A stretch of 64,000 nt of DNA from an uncultured Desulfosarcina sp. (GCA_963674945.2 CAXXWQ010000003.1:1-64000), one strand, 5' to 3'; shown: positions 28,932 through 39,399, counted from the first letter of the stretch. Program-made: numbers and translations. The notes: generated by a model from the letters alone, not told the origin.

Positions 28932-29692
28932 AAATCATTGCGCTCTACAGCATCAAGGGTGGCGTCGGAAAAACGGCGACTTGCGTTAACCTGGCCTATC
29001 TTTCGGCCAGCGAACACGGATCGGCCCTCCTTTGCGATCTCGACCCCCAGGGGTCCTCTACGTTCTACTTTCGTATCAAACCGAAGGCCAAGCACAATAG
29101 CCGAAAATTTCTCAAAGGGGGAAAATGGATTGAGAAGGCCATACGGGGCTCTGATTTTGATGGACTGGATCTGCTCCCGGCAGATCTTTCCTATCGTCAT
29201 CTGGACATTCTGCTAAACCGAGACGATCATTCACGGACCCGATTGAAACGACTGCTCAACCGATTCGATGGCGAGTACGACTATCTGTTCCTGGATTGTC
29301 CACCGAATATCACCCTGGTTAGTGAAAATGTGTTCGAAGCCGCCCATGCGATCCTTGTCCCCCTCATCCCAACTACCCTGTCCCTTCTTACCTACTGGAA
29401 ATTACATCATTTTTTTGAAAACGAAGGAATTGATAAAAACAAATTGCACCCTTTTTTCTCAATGGTTGAACCCAGAAAAAGGATGCACCGAGAAGCGATC
29501 AGGGAAATGATGAGGAAAAAAGTCAACCTGCTCAACACATATGTTCCCTACAACGCGGAAGTCGAAAAAATGGGATACTATCGGACACCACTGAATCAAT
29601 GCCGCCCCAAATCCATCGGTGCTATGGCATTCGCCAAACTCTGGGATGAGATGAAGAAACGGTTTTTGAAGGAACACGATCATGGCAATTGA
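28928..29692 (+). CDS. ParA/MinD (Soj-like) ATPase
   Basis: KGGVGKT deviant Walker A, DLDPQG, DCPP; GTG start overlaps the CHAD stop (GTGA). Confidence 0.9.
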   Translation: MKIIALYSIKGGVGKTATCVNLAYLSASEHGSALLCDLDPQGSSTFYFRIKPKAKHNSRKFLKGGKWIEKAIRGSDFDGLDLLPADLSYRHLDILLNRDDHSRTRLKRLLNRFDGEYDYLFLDCPPNITLVSENVFEAAHAILVPLIPTTLSLLTYWKLHHFFENEGIDKNKLHPFFSMVEPRKRMHREAIREMMRKKVNLLNTYVPYNAEVEKMGYYRTPLNQCRPKSIGAMAFAKLWDEMKKRFLKEHDHGN

Positions 29693-30152
29693 AATCGAAC
29701 GAAAATTCCTTGTCCATCGCCTGCCCGAACACTTCGACAATCATGGCGGCAAGATCATTCATCAGGGTTACCTGATCACCACCGAGGAGGGAATAGAACT
29801 TCGGGTTCGACAAAAGCAAGACCGATTTTATCAAACCCTGAAAAAGGGAGAGGGATTGTCACGCACGGAAATCGAGATCGAACTGACAAAAAATCAGTTT
29901 GACCAACTGTGGCCCCATACAAAAGGTCGCCGGGTCTTCAAGACCCGTTACAAGGTCCCTGTGGGTGATTTCATGGCCGAACTGGACCGATTCGCCGATC
30001 AACTATCGGGGCTGCTTCTTGTTGAAGTGGAATTCGATTCCATCAAATCCAGTAGCGATTTCACCCCACCGGATTGGTTCGGAACCGAGGTTACCGAAGA
30101 CAAACGCTACAAAAACAAGTATCTGGCCGAGTACGGAATCCCTGAATATTGA
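29682..30152 (+). CDS. CYTH domain protein (triphosphatase-like)
   Basis: EIERKFLV, QGYL, RVR, KTRY, EVEF, PDWFGTEVTED. Confidence 0.9.
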   Translation: MAIEIERKFLVHRLPEHFDNHGGKIIHQGYLITTEEGIELRVRQKQDRFYQTLKKGEGLSRTEIEIELTKNQFDQLWPHTKGRRVFKTRYKVPVGDFMAELDRFADQLSGLLLVEVEFDSIKSSSDFTPPDWFGTEVTEDKRYKNKYLAEYGIPEY

Positions 30153-30155
30153 GAA

Positions 30156-30596
30156 ATGGACGATCACTCAACATCGCTGGTTTATAAACAGGCTGGTGCC
30201 ATACCCTACCGTGAGGAGAATGGCGCCATACAGGTACTAATCATATCCACCAGCAGCGGGGAAAATTGGACCATACCCAAAGGGCTCATCGACCCCGGAT
30301 TCTCCGCTACGGAAACCGTATTGAACGAATCATTGGAAGAGGCGGGAATCGAAGGTCTTGTCCTCACACCCGCCATCGGTGATTACCGGTTTTCAAAATG
30401 GGGCGGGTGGTGTGAAGTCGAGGTATTCGCCATGGCCGTTACCCGGGAACTGAACCACTGGCCCGAGGATCGGATTCGACAACGAATCTGGACGGATGTG
30501 AAGCAAGCCGCCCGACAGGTCAAACACGCCGCCTTGGGGTCCTTGATTGGAAAGCTCGCGTGGTATTTGGATCGGCACCCAACCGTTACGGATTGA
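30156..30596 (+). CDS. NUDIX hydrolase (Ap6A/DIPP-like)
   Basis: QAGAIPYR, WTIPKG, ESLEEAG, WPE..RQRIW. Confidence 0.85.
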   Translation: MDDHSTSLVYKQAGAIPYREENGAIQVLIISTSSGENWTIPKGLIDPGFSATETVLNESLEEAGIEGLVLTPAIGDYRFSKWGGWCEVEVFAMAVTRELNHWPEDRIRQRIWTDVKQAARQVKHAALGSLIGKLAWYLDRHPTVTD

Positions 30597-30747
30597 TATG
30601 TAATAATTTTAATTACATCCGACACATTCTATCCAGTGTTCTGACTTTTAAGGGAACAGCCAGACTCAAGGAAACGACTATACAAAATGGTTAATGAACA
30701 TTTGTGGCGTTTACATTCTTTTGCTATCGGGTTAATGCCTTTGTGCC

Positions 30748-31245
30748 TCATTCCTGTAAAAATGGAACAATAAAAACCGGTATTTGGCACTTGTGAAAGA
30801 TTTTGAGAGTGGTTCCGCCGATCAATGCCTCTTTAACAACTCCATAACCGCGGCTGCCAAGAACCAGCGCGTCATATGCGCCCGTCGAAACGTGATGCAA
30901 AATGCGATCCGCAGCTTTACCCGGTTCAACAATTACTTCCTGGAGAATAAATCGGCACTCCGGTACTTGTTCGGCGGCCTGCGCGCAAAACTTTTCGATG
31001 CGAAACTGTATCTGTTGGATAAGATCCGCTTCGCTATTTTTCCTTAGTTCATCTATATCCCGGTAACCCAAGAAAGCAGTCAGCAACAGTTCGGCATTGG
31101 GACGTAATTTTTCAATCACATGCATAACCGTAATCACAGCACCATAGGCTTCAGCCAGGCTTGTGACATAATTGAAGGCATGGTTGGCATTTACCGATAA
31201 ATCCGTCGCAAACAATATTTTGTTTATTTTCGGTTTTGTAAACAT
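30748..31245 (-). CDS. Universal stress protein
   Basis: KILFATDLS, VLGSRG, IGGTT, PVFIVP; alternative TTG start at 31257. Confidence 0.85.
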   Translation of the reverse strand: MFTKPKINKILFATDLSVNANHAFNYVTSLAEAYGAVITVMHVIEKLRPNAELLLTAFLGYRDIDELRKNSEADLIQQIQFRIEKFCAQAAEQVPECRFILQEVIVEPGKAADRILHHVSTGAYDALVLGSRGYGVVKEALIGGTTLKIFHKCQIPVFIVPFLQE

Positions 31246-31376
31246 TTTGTATCCCAAAGACGTCCAATAAGGGTTTATAAGAGTTTACACAAATACCGCT
31301 TAGGTAAAATTGCGCCATTTAATAGCCGGTTTTATACGTCCAGCCTCAGTGTCGGATTTTTCATAGAAAATAACTT

Positions 31377-31826
31377 TTACTTCTTTTTCGCTTTCTTTTT
31401 CGCCGCATGTTTTTTCGTTTTCTTCTTTGTATCCTTGTCCTTTTTGGTTTTTTTCTTTGTCTCTTTATCCTTTTTTGCCTTATTCTTTTTCTCTTTTTTT
31501 TCCTTCTTCGGCTTGGTTTTTTTCTTTTTGGGCTTTTGTTCGGTCTTTTGTTTCGGCGCTTTTCCCTTGTGGGAAGCTTCTACGATCGACTTTTCCGTTT
31601 GAGCGTTCTCTGCTTCATCTTCCTTTTCATCTGCCGAAGCATCGGATACGCATTGACGGGCGTGATCGATCACCGAGCGAGCCCTGATTTCACTGAAACC
31701 GGGTATGGCGACAAGTGTTTCCACGGTTGATGTCGCCAGTTCTTCTGCGGTGGTGATACCGGCTGCATTCAGTGCGTTCTCTGTCGCAGGGCCGATTCCT
31801 TTTACCAGTCGGATGGACATGGGCAT
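31377..31826 (-). CDS. Helix-hairpin-helix protein with a very Lys-rich C-terminal tail
   Basis: VKGIGP...LNAAGITT...IPGFS..RA; roughly 60-aa poly-Lys tail. Confidence 0.8.
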   Translation of the reverse strand: MPMSIRLVKGIGPATENALNAAGITTAEELATSTVETLVAIPGFSEIRARSVIDHARQCVSDASADEKEDEAENAQTEKSIVEASHKGKAPKQKTEQKPKKKKTKPKKEKKEKKNKAKKDKETKKKTKKDKDTKKKTKKHAAKKKAKKK

Positions 31827-31927
31827 TATTTTTTCCTTTCATGGTTCGAATCACGTGTGATGTCGTATTGTCGTCTCAGCGCCGTATCACTGTAAATCTC
31901 GATAAAACCAGCCATTGATCATGAAGC

Positions 31928-32125
31928 TTATCGAGTCAATTTCTCATTTCGGGCCAACTTCTCAGGCTTGCATAAAGTACCTTTCAACCGGGAAGACCGC
32001 AGGCATTTTTCGCATACGAATTTCGATTTGGCCAGAAGATCGGCCAGATCATCCCAATTTTTTTTCGTTTCGTCCTTATCCCATTTACACAGGGATTTCT
32101 TTTTCAGTTTTTTGTCCATGTGCAT
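31928..32125 (-). CDS. Small Lys/Cys-rich hypothetical protein
   Basis: LCKWDK...KFVCEKCLRSS....LCKP; RBS AAGGAG upstream. Confidence 0.65.
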   Translation of the reverse strand: MHMDKKLKKKSLCKWDKDETKKNWDDLADLLAKSKFVCEKCLRSSRLKGTLCKPEKLARNEKLTR

Positions 32126-32205
32126 CTCCTTTCATGAATCAGATGTTTACATGGTAACCACTGACACATGGACAATCAAGAAGTGGTATTGCGATCAACG
32201 ACCGG

Positions 32206-32697
32206 CTATTTCTTCTTCGGATAATCGAAATCGCTTGAAGTCAGGTTGCCCCCATCGATCAAACGCCACGTGTCAGTCATAAACTCGAGTCGGACCACAC
32301 CGGCAGTAGGAATGTTCTCAATGGGTTGCGGCAGAAACCGATTCGCCAGTCGTGTCAATCCAGGATTGTGGCCCACCATCATCACCGTTTCCAATCGATC
32401 GTCAAGTTGATAGATAATTTCAAGGATTCCATCGGCCGAAGCATGGTAAAGGCCGGGCTCTGTTCGGATAACAGAGGTTTTTACGCCCAATGCCCGGGCC
32501 ATGGCGGCCGCCGTATCCAGGGCCCGGCGGGCATTGCTGCTGACGATGGTATCCATTGCCACACCAGTTTTGGACAGACGCCGGCCCATTTCCGGGGCTG
32601 CCTTTTTCCCCCGCTTGTTCAATGGTCGTTCATGATCCGCAAGAAGAGAATCGTTCCAGCTTGATTTGGCATGGCGAACGACAAAGAGCGTTTTCAT
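32206..32697 (-). CDS. sixA: SixA-type histidine phosphatase
   Basis: RHAKS, RPLNKRG, SSNARRA, VGHNPG, PTAG; ATGA overlap with the ppk1 stop. Confidence 0.88.
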   Translation of the reverse strand: MKTLFVVRHAKSSWNDSLLADHERPLNKRGKKAAPEMGRRLSKTGVAMDTIVSSNARRALDTAAAMARALGVKTSVIRTEPGLYHASADGILEIIYQLDDRLETVMMVGHNPGLTRLANRFLPQPIENIPTAGVVRLEFMTDTWRLIDGGNLTSSDFDYPKKK

Positions 32698-34874
32698 TTT
32701 TTCTTTAGCGATGCCTTCTTTTTCTTCTTCGTGCGGCTATTCACGGTCAGCGCGCTCCCCCTTCCGGAAAGGCTCGGATTGGTCATGAAAAATTGATGGG
32801 CGTTGAAGGGTTGGCCTGTTACCTCGCAACGCCGATAAGAGCCGTCGGACTGCAGCATCCAACTCTGTTCGTTGTCCTTCAGGTTCGCCACCATGATCTG
32901 ATCCAATACCTGTCGGTGAACCGTCGGGTTCTCGATCCGGACCATCGCTTCGATCCGCCGGTCGATGTTTCGCGGCATCCAATCGGCGGATGAGATGTAC
33001 ACATCGGCATGTGTCGATGGCAGTTCATGACCATTTCCGAAGCAGGCAATCCGGGAGTGTTCTAAAAAACGACCGACAATGGATTTCACTTCGATGTTTT
33101 CGGACAGGCCGGGAACGCCGGGCCTGAGACCGCAGATGCCCCGGGCGACGATTTTGATATTCACACCGGCCTGGGATGCCCGATACAACGAATCGATGAT
33201 TTTTGCGTCGATCAGGGAATTGACCTTCACATAGATCCCTGCCGGCCGTCCGGCCAATGCATGATCGATCTCGTCTTTTATCTTGGACAAAATGAAGTTT
33301 CTCATGTGAAGGGGGGATATGATCACCTTTTTCAGTTTCATGGGCTTGGCATAGCCGGTCATGTAATTGAATATCTGTAAAACGTCGTCGCAAATCTCCG
33401 GATCGCAGGTAAAGAAGGAAAGATCGGTGTAGACCTTGGCCGTTACCGGGTGGTAATTTCCCGTACCCACATGGGCATAGGATTTCAGTTTCTTCCCCTC
33501 TCTTCTCACCACCAGGGAAAGTTTGGCGTGGGTCTTGTATTCGATAAACCCGAAAACCACCTGCGCACCGCTTCTCTCCAACTTTCTGGCGATGCCGATA
33601 TTGGCCTCCTCGTCGAACCGGGCTTTGAGTTCCACCATGGCGGTTACGCTCTTGCCCGCCTCGGCTGCCTCCACCAGGGCCTGGACGATGGGTGAATCTT
33701 CACTGGTCCGGTACAGGGTCTGGCGGATGGCCACCACATTTTTATCCTTGCTGGCCTGGTGAAGAAACTGAACCACCACATCGAAACTCTCGTATGGATG
33801 GTGGACAAGGATATCCTTTGCCTTGATGGCTGCCAGGCAATCACCGCCATAGTCGCGAATGCGTTCGGGAAATCGCGCCTCATAGGGTGGAAAGAGCAGG
33901 TCGGGTCGATCGTCGACAATCATTTCACCGATGTCGGAAAGACCGATCATGCCTTTAAAGCTGAACACATCATGCTCGGAAACATCCAGTTGGGCCTGAA
34001 TAAAATGGAGCAGGTCATCGGAAATGGCATCATCCACCGTCAGGCGGACGACACTGCCCCGCCGCCGTCGCTTCAGCGCGCTCTCGAATGTTCTGACCAG
34101 ATCTTCTGCCTCTTCGTCGATCTCCATCTCGCTGTCTCGAATGACCCTGAAAATACCATTGGACAACAGCGCAAATCCAGGAAACAAGAGATCGAGAAAC
34201 ATCAATACCACCTTTTCCAAGGCGATGAATCGGATGGGTTTTCCGGGTAACCGGATGAACCGGTCCAACTGGGCCGGCAAAATCACCAGGGCAACCAGGT
34301 TTTCTTCTTCGGATTCGCTTTCCAGTTCTAAGACCAGACCGAAACCCAGATTGGGGATAAAGGGAAACGGGTGGGCCGGATCCACCGCAATGGGACTCAA
34401 AATGGGAAAAATATTCTGGCGAAATACTTTCGCCAGCCATTTTCTTTCCTCGCTGGAAATCTCATCCGGGCTGATCAGATGGATACCGGCGTCCTTCATC
34501 TCGCAGATGAGATCTTCGAGGCAATTGTGCTGGTCGGCAGCCAATTCGGCCACTTTCGTGGATATGGCGCCCAGTTGCTGGGCCGGCGTCAGCTTATCCG
34601 GGTTGAGTCCCCGGACACGGGAGGCCACCTGTTCTTTGAGACCGGCCACCCGAACCATATAAAATTCGTCCAAATTATCGGCCGAGATGGAAAGAAAACG
34701 AAGACGCTCCAGTATCGGATGGGACGGGTTCATGGCCTCTTCATAAACGCGCCGGTTGAACTCCAACCAGGACAACTCCCGATTGATAAATCGCCCGGGC
34801 TTGTCTTCGGCAACGTCGTTGATCATCTCCATTGCCTGCCTGGATTGTTCCGACTGTACAGATGTGTCGCTCAT
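32694..34874 (-). CDS. ppk1: Polyphosphate kinase 1
   Basis: [60 protein letters not shown] 34874 preferred over GTG 34919. Confidence 0.96.
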   Translation of the reverse strand: MSDTSVQSEQSRQAMEMINDVAEDKPGRFINRELSWLEFNRRVYEEAMNPSHPILERLRFLSISADNLDEFYMVRVAGLKEQVASRVRGLNPDKLTPAQQLGAISTKVAELAADQHNCLEDLICEMKDAGIHLISPDEISSEERKWLAKVFRQNIFPILSPIAVDPAHPFPFIPNLGFGLVLELESESEEENLVALVILPAQLDRFIRLPGKPIRFIALEKVVLMFLDLLFPGFALLSNGIFRVIRDSEMEIDEEAEDLVRTFESALKRRRRGSVVRLTVDDAISDDLLHFIQAQLDVSEHDVFSFKGMIGLSDIGEMIVDDRPDLLFPPYEARFPERIRDYGGDCLAAIKAKDILVHHPYESFDVVVQFLHQASKDKNVVAIRQTLYRTSEDSPIVQALVEAAEAGKSVTAMVELKARFDEEANIGIARKLERSGAQVVFGFIEYKTHAKLSLVVRREGKKLKSYAHVGTGNYHPVTAKVYTDLSFFTCDPEICDDVLQIFNYMTGYAKPMKLKKVIISPLHMRNFILSKIKDEIDHALAGRPAGIYVKVNSLIDAKIIDSLYRASQAGVNIKIVARGICGLRPGVPGLSENIEVKSIVGRFLEHSRIACFGNGHELPSTHADVYISSADWMPRNIDRRIEAMVRIENPTVHRQVLDQIMVANLKDNEQSWMLQSDGSYRRCEVTGQPFNAHQFFMTNPSLSGRGSALTVNSRTKKKKKASLKKK

Positions 34875-34930
34875 CTTGTGCACTCTACCATCGTAATTTT
34901 CAATCCATTTTTTTAACACGCAGTCACCTG

Positions 34931-34968
34931 ATTGTATTACTACGGGTCAAATGTTAGATTTTTGTTAG
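34931..34968 (-). promoter_or_regulatory. ppk1 promoter: Pho-box-like repeat plus -10 element
   Basis: Minus strand CTAACA-aaaat-CTAACA (34968-34952) and TACAAT (34936-34931). Confidence 0.65.
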
Positions 34969-35053
34969 CACAAAAACATTTACAATCCGGAATTGTAATA
35001 GCGATGATGGTAAAGTGCTTTATCGTTCGGGACAATTGTGGTACGAGCGATTC

Positions 35054-35520
35054 ATGGAAACAATAATGTTACATCAACGGAAAAGACGCCGACAGTGGAT
35101 CGTTTTGGTATCCCCATTTCTCATCACATGGCCCTGGATAATTACGGCGGTGATTGCCGGCCGCCACCTACCCTGTGATGAGACCTACTATTATCGTAAT
35201 GTCACCGGCGAAAACGTCTCGAAAATCAAATGGGAGCTAAAAAAGCAGATGGTTTCACCCTCAACTACCAAACGCCGACGTCGCAATATGTGACCACTAC
35301 CGACGCCGATTTTGACACCCGATGCTGGCGGGTCGCCGATGAAGGCAAAGACATATTCCTGCGGGCCGAACGCGTAGCGGAGGACATCGTTATTAAAGGC
35401 TGACATCGAGGAAATACCATAGACAAATCTTTGGCCATCGACCCGAATCCATGGTATCAGGCCACGTCACTCTCCTTGCGGAAATTCATCGCATCCGAAG
35501 ATTCCGATAAACCTCAGAAA
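35054..35520 (+). pseudogene. Degraded gene for a probably exported protein
   Basis: Hydrophobic N-terminus, then frame change(s) and an in-frame TGA (...EDIVIKG*HRGNTIDKSLAIDPNPWYQATSLSLRKF). Confidence 0.4.
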
Positions 35521-35525
35521 ACGGA

Positions 35526-35648
35526 TCAAGCCGCCTTTTTCAAAGCCTTTTTCAGTTTCTTGATTTTTCCTTGTTGCTTGGCAACGATGGCCTTTCTGGT
35601 TTTCATCTCTTTTTTAATGGATTTTGCTTTCTTCGATACTTTTGCCAT
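35526..35648 (-). CDS. 40-aa Lys/Ala-rich basic microprotein (below the ORF-track cutoff)
   Basis: MAKVSKKAKSIKKEMKTRKAIVAKQQGKIKKLKKALKKAA*, with AGGAG RBS. Confidence 0.65.
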   Translation of the reverse strand: MAKVSKKAKSIKKEMKTRKAIVAKQQGKIKKLKKALKKAA

Positions 35649-35675
35649 TTTTTTTCTCCTTTCACGGCTTCTTGG

Positions 35676-35861
35676 TCAAACTTCCTTTTTTTTCTCGTGC
35701 ATTTTTAAAAACTGCCCGATGAACTTGCGTATTTCCCGGGCAGCACTGGTGTCCAACTCCTCACAAAGTTTGACGAACCGATCCCTTTCTTCGCCACTGA
35801 TGCGAATTAAAAGCTGACTGTCCTTTTTATTTTTTTTCTTGGATGATTTTTTCTTTGCCAT
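35676..35861 (-). CDS. Small ribbon-helix-helix-like protein with a Lys-rich N-terminus
   Basis: KDSQLLIRISGEERDRFVKLCEELDTSAAREIRKFI. Confidence 0.7.
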   Translation of the reverse strand: MAKKKSSKKKNKKDSQLLIRISGEERDRFVKLCEELDTSAAREIRKFIGQFLKMHEKKKEV

Positions 35862-36095
35862 TTGTCACCGGCAGGCAAGCAGCCTCAATTTCAGTTGATC
35901 AGTACGTTTCGAGACAAAATACGATATACTTTGTATATGCTTTGTATATACATTTCGATTTATATTGTCAAGCCGTATATAAAAAAATGCCGGAAAAATT
36001 GGATGAATTCAGCCAACACAACGTATTGATAAATTTCTATCAATACCAATGGTATTCAAGATTACAGCGCCTCTCTCTTAAAGGAAAATGGTTTT

Positions 36096-36124
36096 CCTAA
36101 CATAAACCTAACACTATCCTAACA
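36096..36124 (+). promoter_or_regulatory. Perfect triple Pho-box-like repeat
   Basis: CCTAACA at 36096, 36107 and 36118. Confidence 0.7.
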
Positions 36125-36384
36125 TATAGAACATAGTTTACGCGTCAATAACAATTGATTCGACAAATAGGATCCCCCCTCTTTTGCAGGGTGAAACACC
36201 TTCTGTAATAAAACGACAAACGACAATAGGAAACGCCAAATGATCTCAAACAATTGCAGTATTGAAGTAAGGGTCAAATAAACCCCATCTTCACATAGCC
36301 CAGATATTATGACATCATAGGCTTGGCAATGAAAATGTGTATGGGAGACGATTGTGAACCGGCCGGTAGAAAGTAAGAGAAGAA

Positions 36385-37980
36385 TCAATAGCGAAGGATC
36401 GCCAGCGTCTGTTTGTCGATATTTTTTGGCAAAAGCGCCAGATGGTCCTCCCGCGTCCTGGCCAGCGGAAGTTTGGCGAACAGGTATCGAAGATAGGCAT
36501 AGGGTTCCAGCCCATTGGCTTTGGCCGTTTCGATCAAACCGAAGAAGGTGGCGCTGGCTTCCGCACCCCGGGGCGCGCCGGAAAACAGCCAGTTCTTGCG
36601 ACCCAACACGAATGGCCGGATGACATTTTCAGCCACATTGTTGTCGGGCTTCAGAAATCCGGCATTGATATAGACAACCAGTTTGTCCCATTGGTTTAGG
36701 CAATATTGGATCGCTTTGCCGAGAAGGCTTTTCGGAGGAGCTTGCCAATGGTAGGTGTCCAGCCAGGTTTTAAATTGTTTCAGAATCGGCTTGGCCTTTT
36801 CCTGTCGCAGGTCACGGATCTGTTCATACGACAAATCCTTGTCTCGCGCATACCGTTCTATGCCATACAATGCGCCAATGTAATCCAGCGCCTCGTCGGC
36901 AAGCCCCTTGGCTGCTTTTTGTTTGCCGCGCGCCTTGCGCCCTTTGTTCACCTCGACAAATTTACGTCGGGCATGGGTCAGGCAACCTAAATGGATGATC
37001 CCTTGCTTTTGGGACAGCTGATCATAGCCGCTGTAGCCGTCGCTTTGAACATAGCCCGAATAGTCTTCTATCATATCTTGCACTACCTTCCCACTACGGG
37101 TGGGATGATACTGGTAAAGCACCACAGGGGCATCCAACGGGCCGCCACAAAACACCCACATATACGATTTTGTTGTATTGCTGCGGCCCGGTTCCTGAAG
37201 CACCTGAAACGGACTTTCATCGATATTGATCACAGGACCGCTTCGAATCTCCTGATGCATCAATTCGACGATCGGCTGGCAGCAACCGGCGGCCTGAATC
37301 ATCCAATTGGCCATGGTTGACCGTGAGATGTCAACGCCCAGACGGTCAAATATCTTTTGTTGGCGATGCAGGGGAAGCGCATCGGCGAATTTTGAGACAG
37401 CGATGTGGGCCAGCAGTCCCTCAGTGGCGTTGCTCTTGGGAATCAGTTGTTCTGGCGGCGGAGCGATCCTAACGGTGGGGCCGTCATCCTCGACGCCTTC
37501 GCAGGCCTTGCAGGCGTATTTGGGGCGGATGTGACGGATCACCTGGATTTTTGCCGGGATATAATCGAGCTTCTCACAGGTCTCTTCGCCGATACGGCTC
37601 AGTTCAACTCCGCAAGCACACCGTTTCTCGGCCTCAGGGATATCGTGCAGGACCTCGACGCGGGGCAGATCCTCAGGCAACGGTTTGCGGCCACGCTTTT
37701 TGCGGGTGTGCTCCGGGACGGTGATGTCGTCATCGGCAAGGACGGGCTCTGCGGTTTCGTCGGGTTTGAACAACTGGAGTTGGTTGGGATTGACGGCCGG
37801 CAAAACTTCACTTTTGCGACCGAACAGCTCGTTCTTCAGCAGACGTACCATTTCTTGCAGATGGTCGATTTGCTGCTGCTGAGAAGAGATAATCTCCTTA
37901 AGCGATTGGGCGTCATCGGGCAGGTTGTTCGATTCCGAAAGCATGCCTGATACATAGCATAACCAATTGAATTTGTACAC
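36385..37980 (-). CDS. tnpC: IS66 transposase TnpC
   Basis: LFGRKSE, zinc finger, SKFADALPLHRQ, DES, CLTHARRKF, DNNVAEN.IRP...GRKNWLF; start may be slightly downstream. Confidence 0.95.
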   Translation of the reverse strand: MYKFNWLCYVSGMLSESNNLPDDAQSLKEIISSQQQQIDHLQEMVRLLKNELFGRKSEVLPAVNPNQLQLFKPDETAEPVLADDDITVPEHTRKKRGRKPLPEDLPRVEVLHDIPEAEKRCACGVELSRIGEETCEKLDYIPAKIQVIRHIRPKYACKACEGVEDDGPTVRIAPPPEQLIPKSNATEGLLAHIAVSKFADALPLHRQQKIFDRLGVDISRSTMANWMIQAAGCCQPIVELMHQEIRSGPVINIDESPFQVLQEPGRSNTTKSYMWVFCGGPLDAPVVLYQYHPTRSGKVVQDMIEDYSGYVQSDGYSGYDQLSQKQGIIHLGCLTHARRKFVEVNKGRKARGKQKAAKGLADEALDYIGALYGIERYARDKDLSYEQIRDLRQEKAKPILKQFKTWLDTYHWQAPPKSLLGKAIQYCLNQWDKLVVYINAGFLKPDNNVAENVIRPFVLGRKNWLFSGAPRGAEASATFFGLIETAKANGLEPYAYLRYLFAKLPLARTREDHLALLPKNIDKQTLAILRY

Positions 37981-38007
37981 ACTTATTTTACTTCCAGGTG
38001 GATGTTC

Positions 38008-38355
38008 TCAGCTTGCATAACGGTAGTTTAAACGCACATGAGCATTCGTATAATCCAGTCCGGCGAGAAGCCATTCCAGTTCTTTCGCACTAAGGGAAAC
38101 GACTTCTTTTGTGGTTGTTGGCCAGTGGAAACGGTGCTTCTCCAGCCGTTTGAGCCAGAGAGCAAATCCATTTTTATCCCAGTATAAAATTTTTATCATG
38201 TTCCGACGCCGATTGCAGAAGACGAACAGGTCCCCTTCGAAGGGATTCAAATCCATGGCCTGTTCCACCAAAACCGAAAGCCCGTTGATCGATTTGCGCA
38301 TATCGGTATTACCCACGGCCAGAAAGACCCTTTTGGGATTGGTGGGCAACATCAT
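38008..38355 (-). CDS. tnpB: IS66 accessory protein TnpB
   Basis: TDMRKSINGL, LFVFCNRRR..IKILYWD.NGF.LWLKRLE. Confidence 0.95.
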   Translation of the reverse strand: MMLPTNPKRVFLAVGNTDMRKSINGLSVLVEQAMDLNPFEGDLFVFCNRRRNMIKILYWDKNGFALWLKRLEKHRFHWPTTTKEVVSLSAKELEWLLAGLDYTNAHVRLNYRYAS

Positions 38356-38681
38356 AATGTAGCCACCATTGCAACAAGCTTGTTGATTTCTATCGATCCG
38401 TTTTGATCATCGACTTCGATGGTAAATCCGTTGGGGGTATGAATACGAACGGATGGATGTTTCCTCGTCGCTGATCCGTTGAGCGCAACCGGCAAAAAAG
38501 TAACTCGGGTTTTATCAACGGGCATGATGCGCCGTTTCCAATCGTAAAACCGATGGAGAATGAGATCGTTTTTTTTACAATAGGCCCTTTGGCTTAGGCT
38601 GCTGATCTTCCATTTCTCGATATGATTTTCCCAAAATTTTCGCCTTTGCTTGGAATCGAATGAATCATAGTCTTCAGGCAT
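38352..38681 (-). CDS. tnpA: IS66 accessory protein TnpA
   Basis: W..HI..WK.S.LSQRAYC....L....FY.WKRR; ATGA overlap with tnpB. Confidence 0.9.
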   Translation of the reverse strand: MPEDYDSFDSKQRRKFWENHIEKWKISSLSQRAYCKKNDLILHRFYDWKRRIMPVDKTRVTFLPVALNGSATRKHPSVRIHTPNGFTIEVDDQNGSIEINKLVAMVATL

Positions 38682-39088
38682 GATATCTTCTCCTTTCTTT
38701 GGGGAAACACATTGCCATGCCTGAACAATTTTGTGAAGATGGGGTTAATAAACCGCTTACGTATTGAAGAGTTCGTCAAGGCCGTGCAGGGAAAAGATAC
38801 ATATGAGGTGATCAACCTGGCTGTTCAGGAGGCCACCGAAGTCGACCGCATTGTGATGAAAAAACGAAAGAAGTCCAAAATTGACAATTTTCAGAATTAT
38901 TCACGCCAATTGAAGCAACTCATCAGCTACCATCGATATATTATCAAACCCCGCCGAGGGATGAAAACAACTTACAACCTCTATATGCAATATTGGGGAA
39001 CCGCGGATCTGTCGACGGATCATCACCAATGTAAACCGTCAATGGATACAACGAAACAAGTAGCCTAAAAAATAAAATAAGCACTTCA

Positions 39089-39396
39089 ATGGGAAAATCG
39101 GGCACGATGACGGAAAAATTAGTAAGATGCCCGAAATGTGGATCTGATGCCTACTATCATTACGGGAAAACCGTAAACGGAAAGGAAAGACGACTCTGTC
39201 TCATCTGCAATGGCAATATATCATCGATCGGACCTGGGTTGAAAACCCGGATAGGCCCAATTGCCCAGCGTGCAACGAACCGATGCATGTGTATCAGCGC
39301 CAACTGTCATACACCCGATATAGATGTCGGAACTATCAAAAATGCAAGACACACCATAAGGTACTCTTGTGGAAAAACAAAGTTGCGGGGACTTGA
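39089..39396 (+). pseudogene. Double zinc-ribbon protein (InsA-like N-terminus) with a 1-nt frameshift near 39212
   Basis: CPKCGSDAYYHYGK..NGKERRLCLICN, continuing in another frame as QYIIDRTWVENPDRPNCPACNEPMHVY...RYRCRNYQKCKT. Confidence 0.65.
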
Positions 39397-39399
39397 AAA

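Larger units (their letters stand above)
36267..38760 (-). mobile_element. Complete IS66-family element (2494 bp)
   Basis: Terminal IRs GTAAGGGTCAAATAAACCCCATCTTCACA / GTAAGCGGTTTATTAACCCCATCTTCACA; 8-bp TSD GTATTGAA at 36259-36266 and 38761-38768; tnpABC. Confidence 0.96.
36240..39068 (+). pseudogene. Hypothetical protein gene split by IS66 (36240-36266 + 38769-39068)
   Basis: Removing the IS and one TSD copy restores MISNNCSIEEFVKAVQGKDTYEVINLAVQEATEVDR... Confidence 0.75.

Noticed and set aside
28928..29692. Chromosome/plasmid partition locus
   Set aside because: No parB, parS array or rep gene in the window; the gene is embedded in a polyP operon
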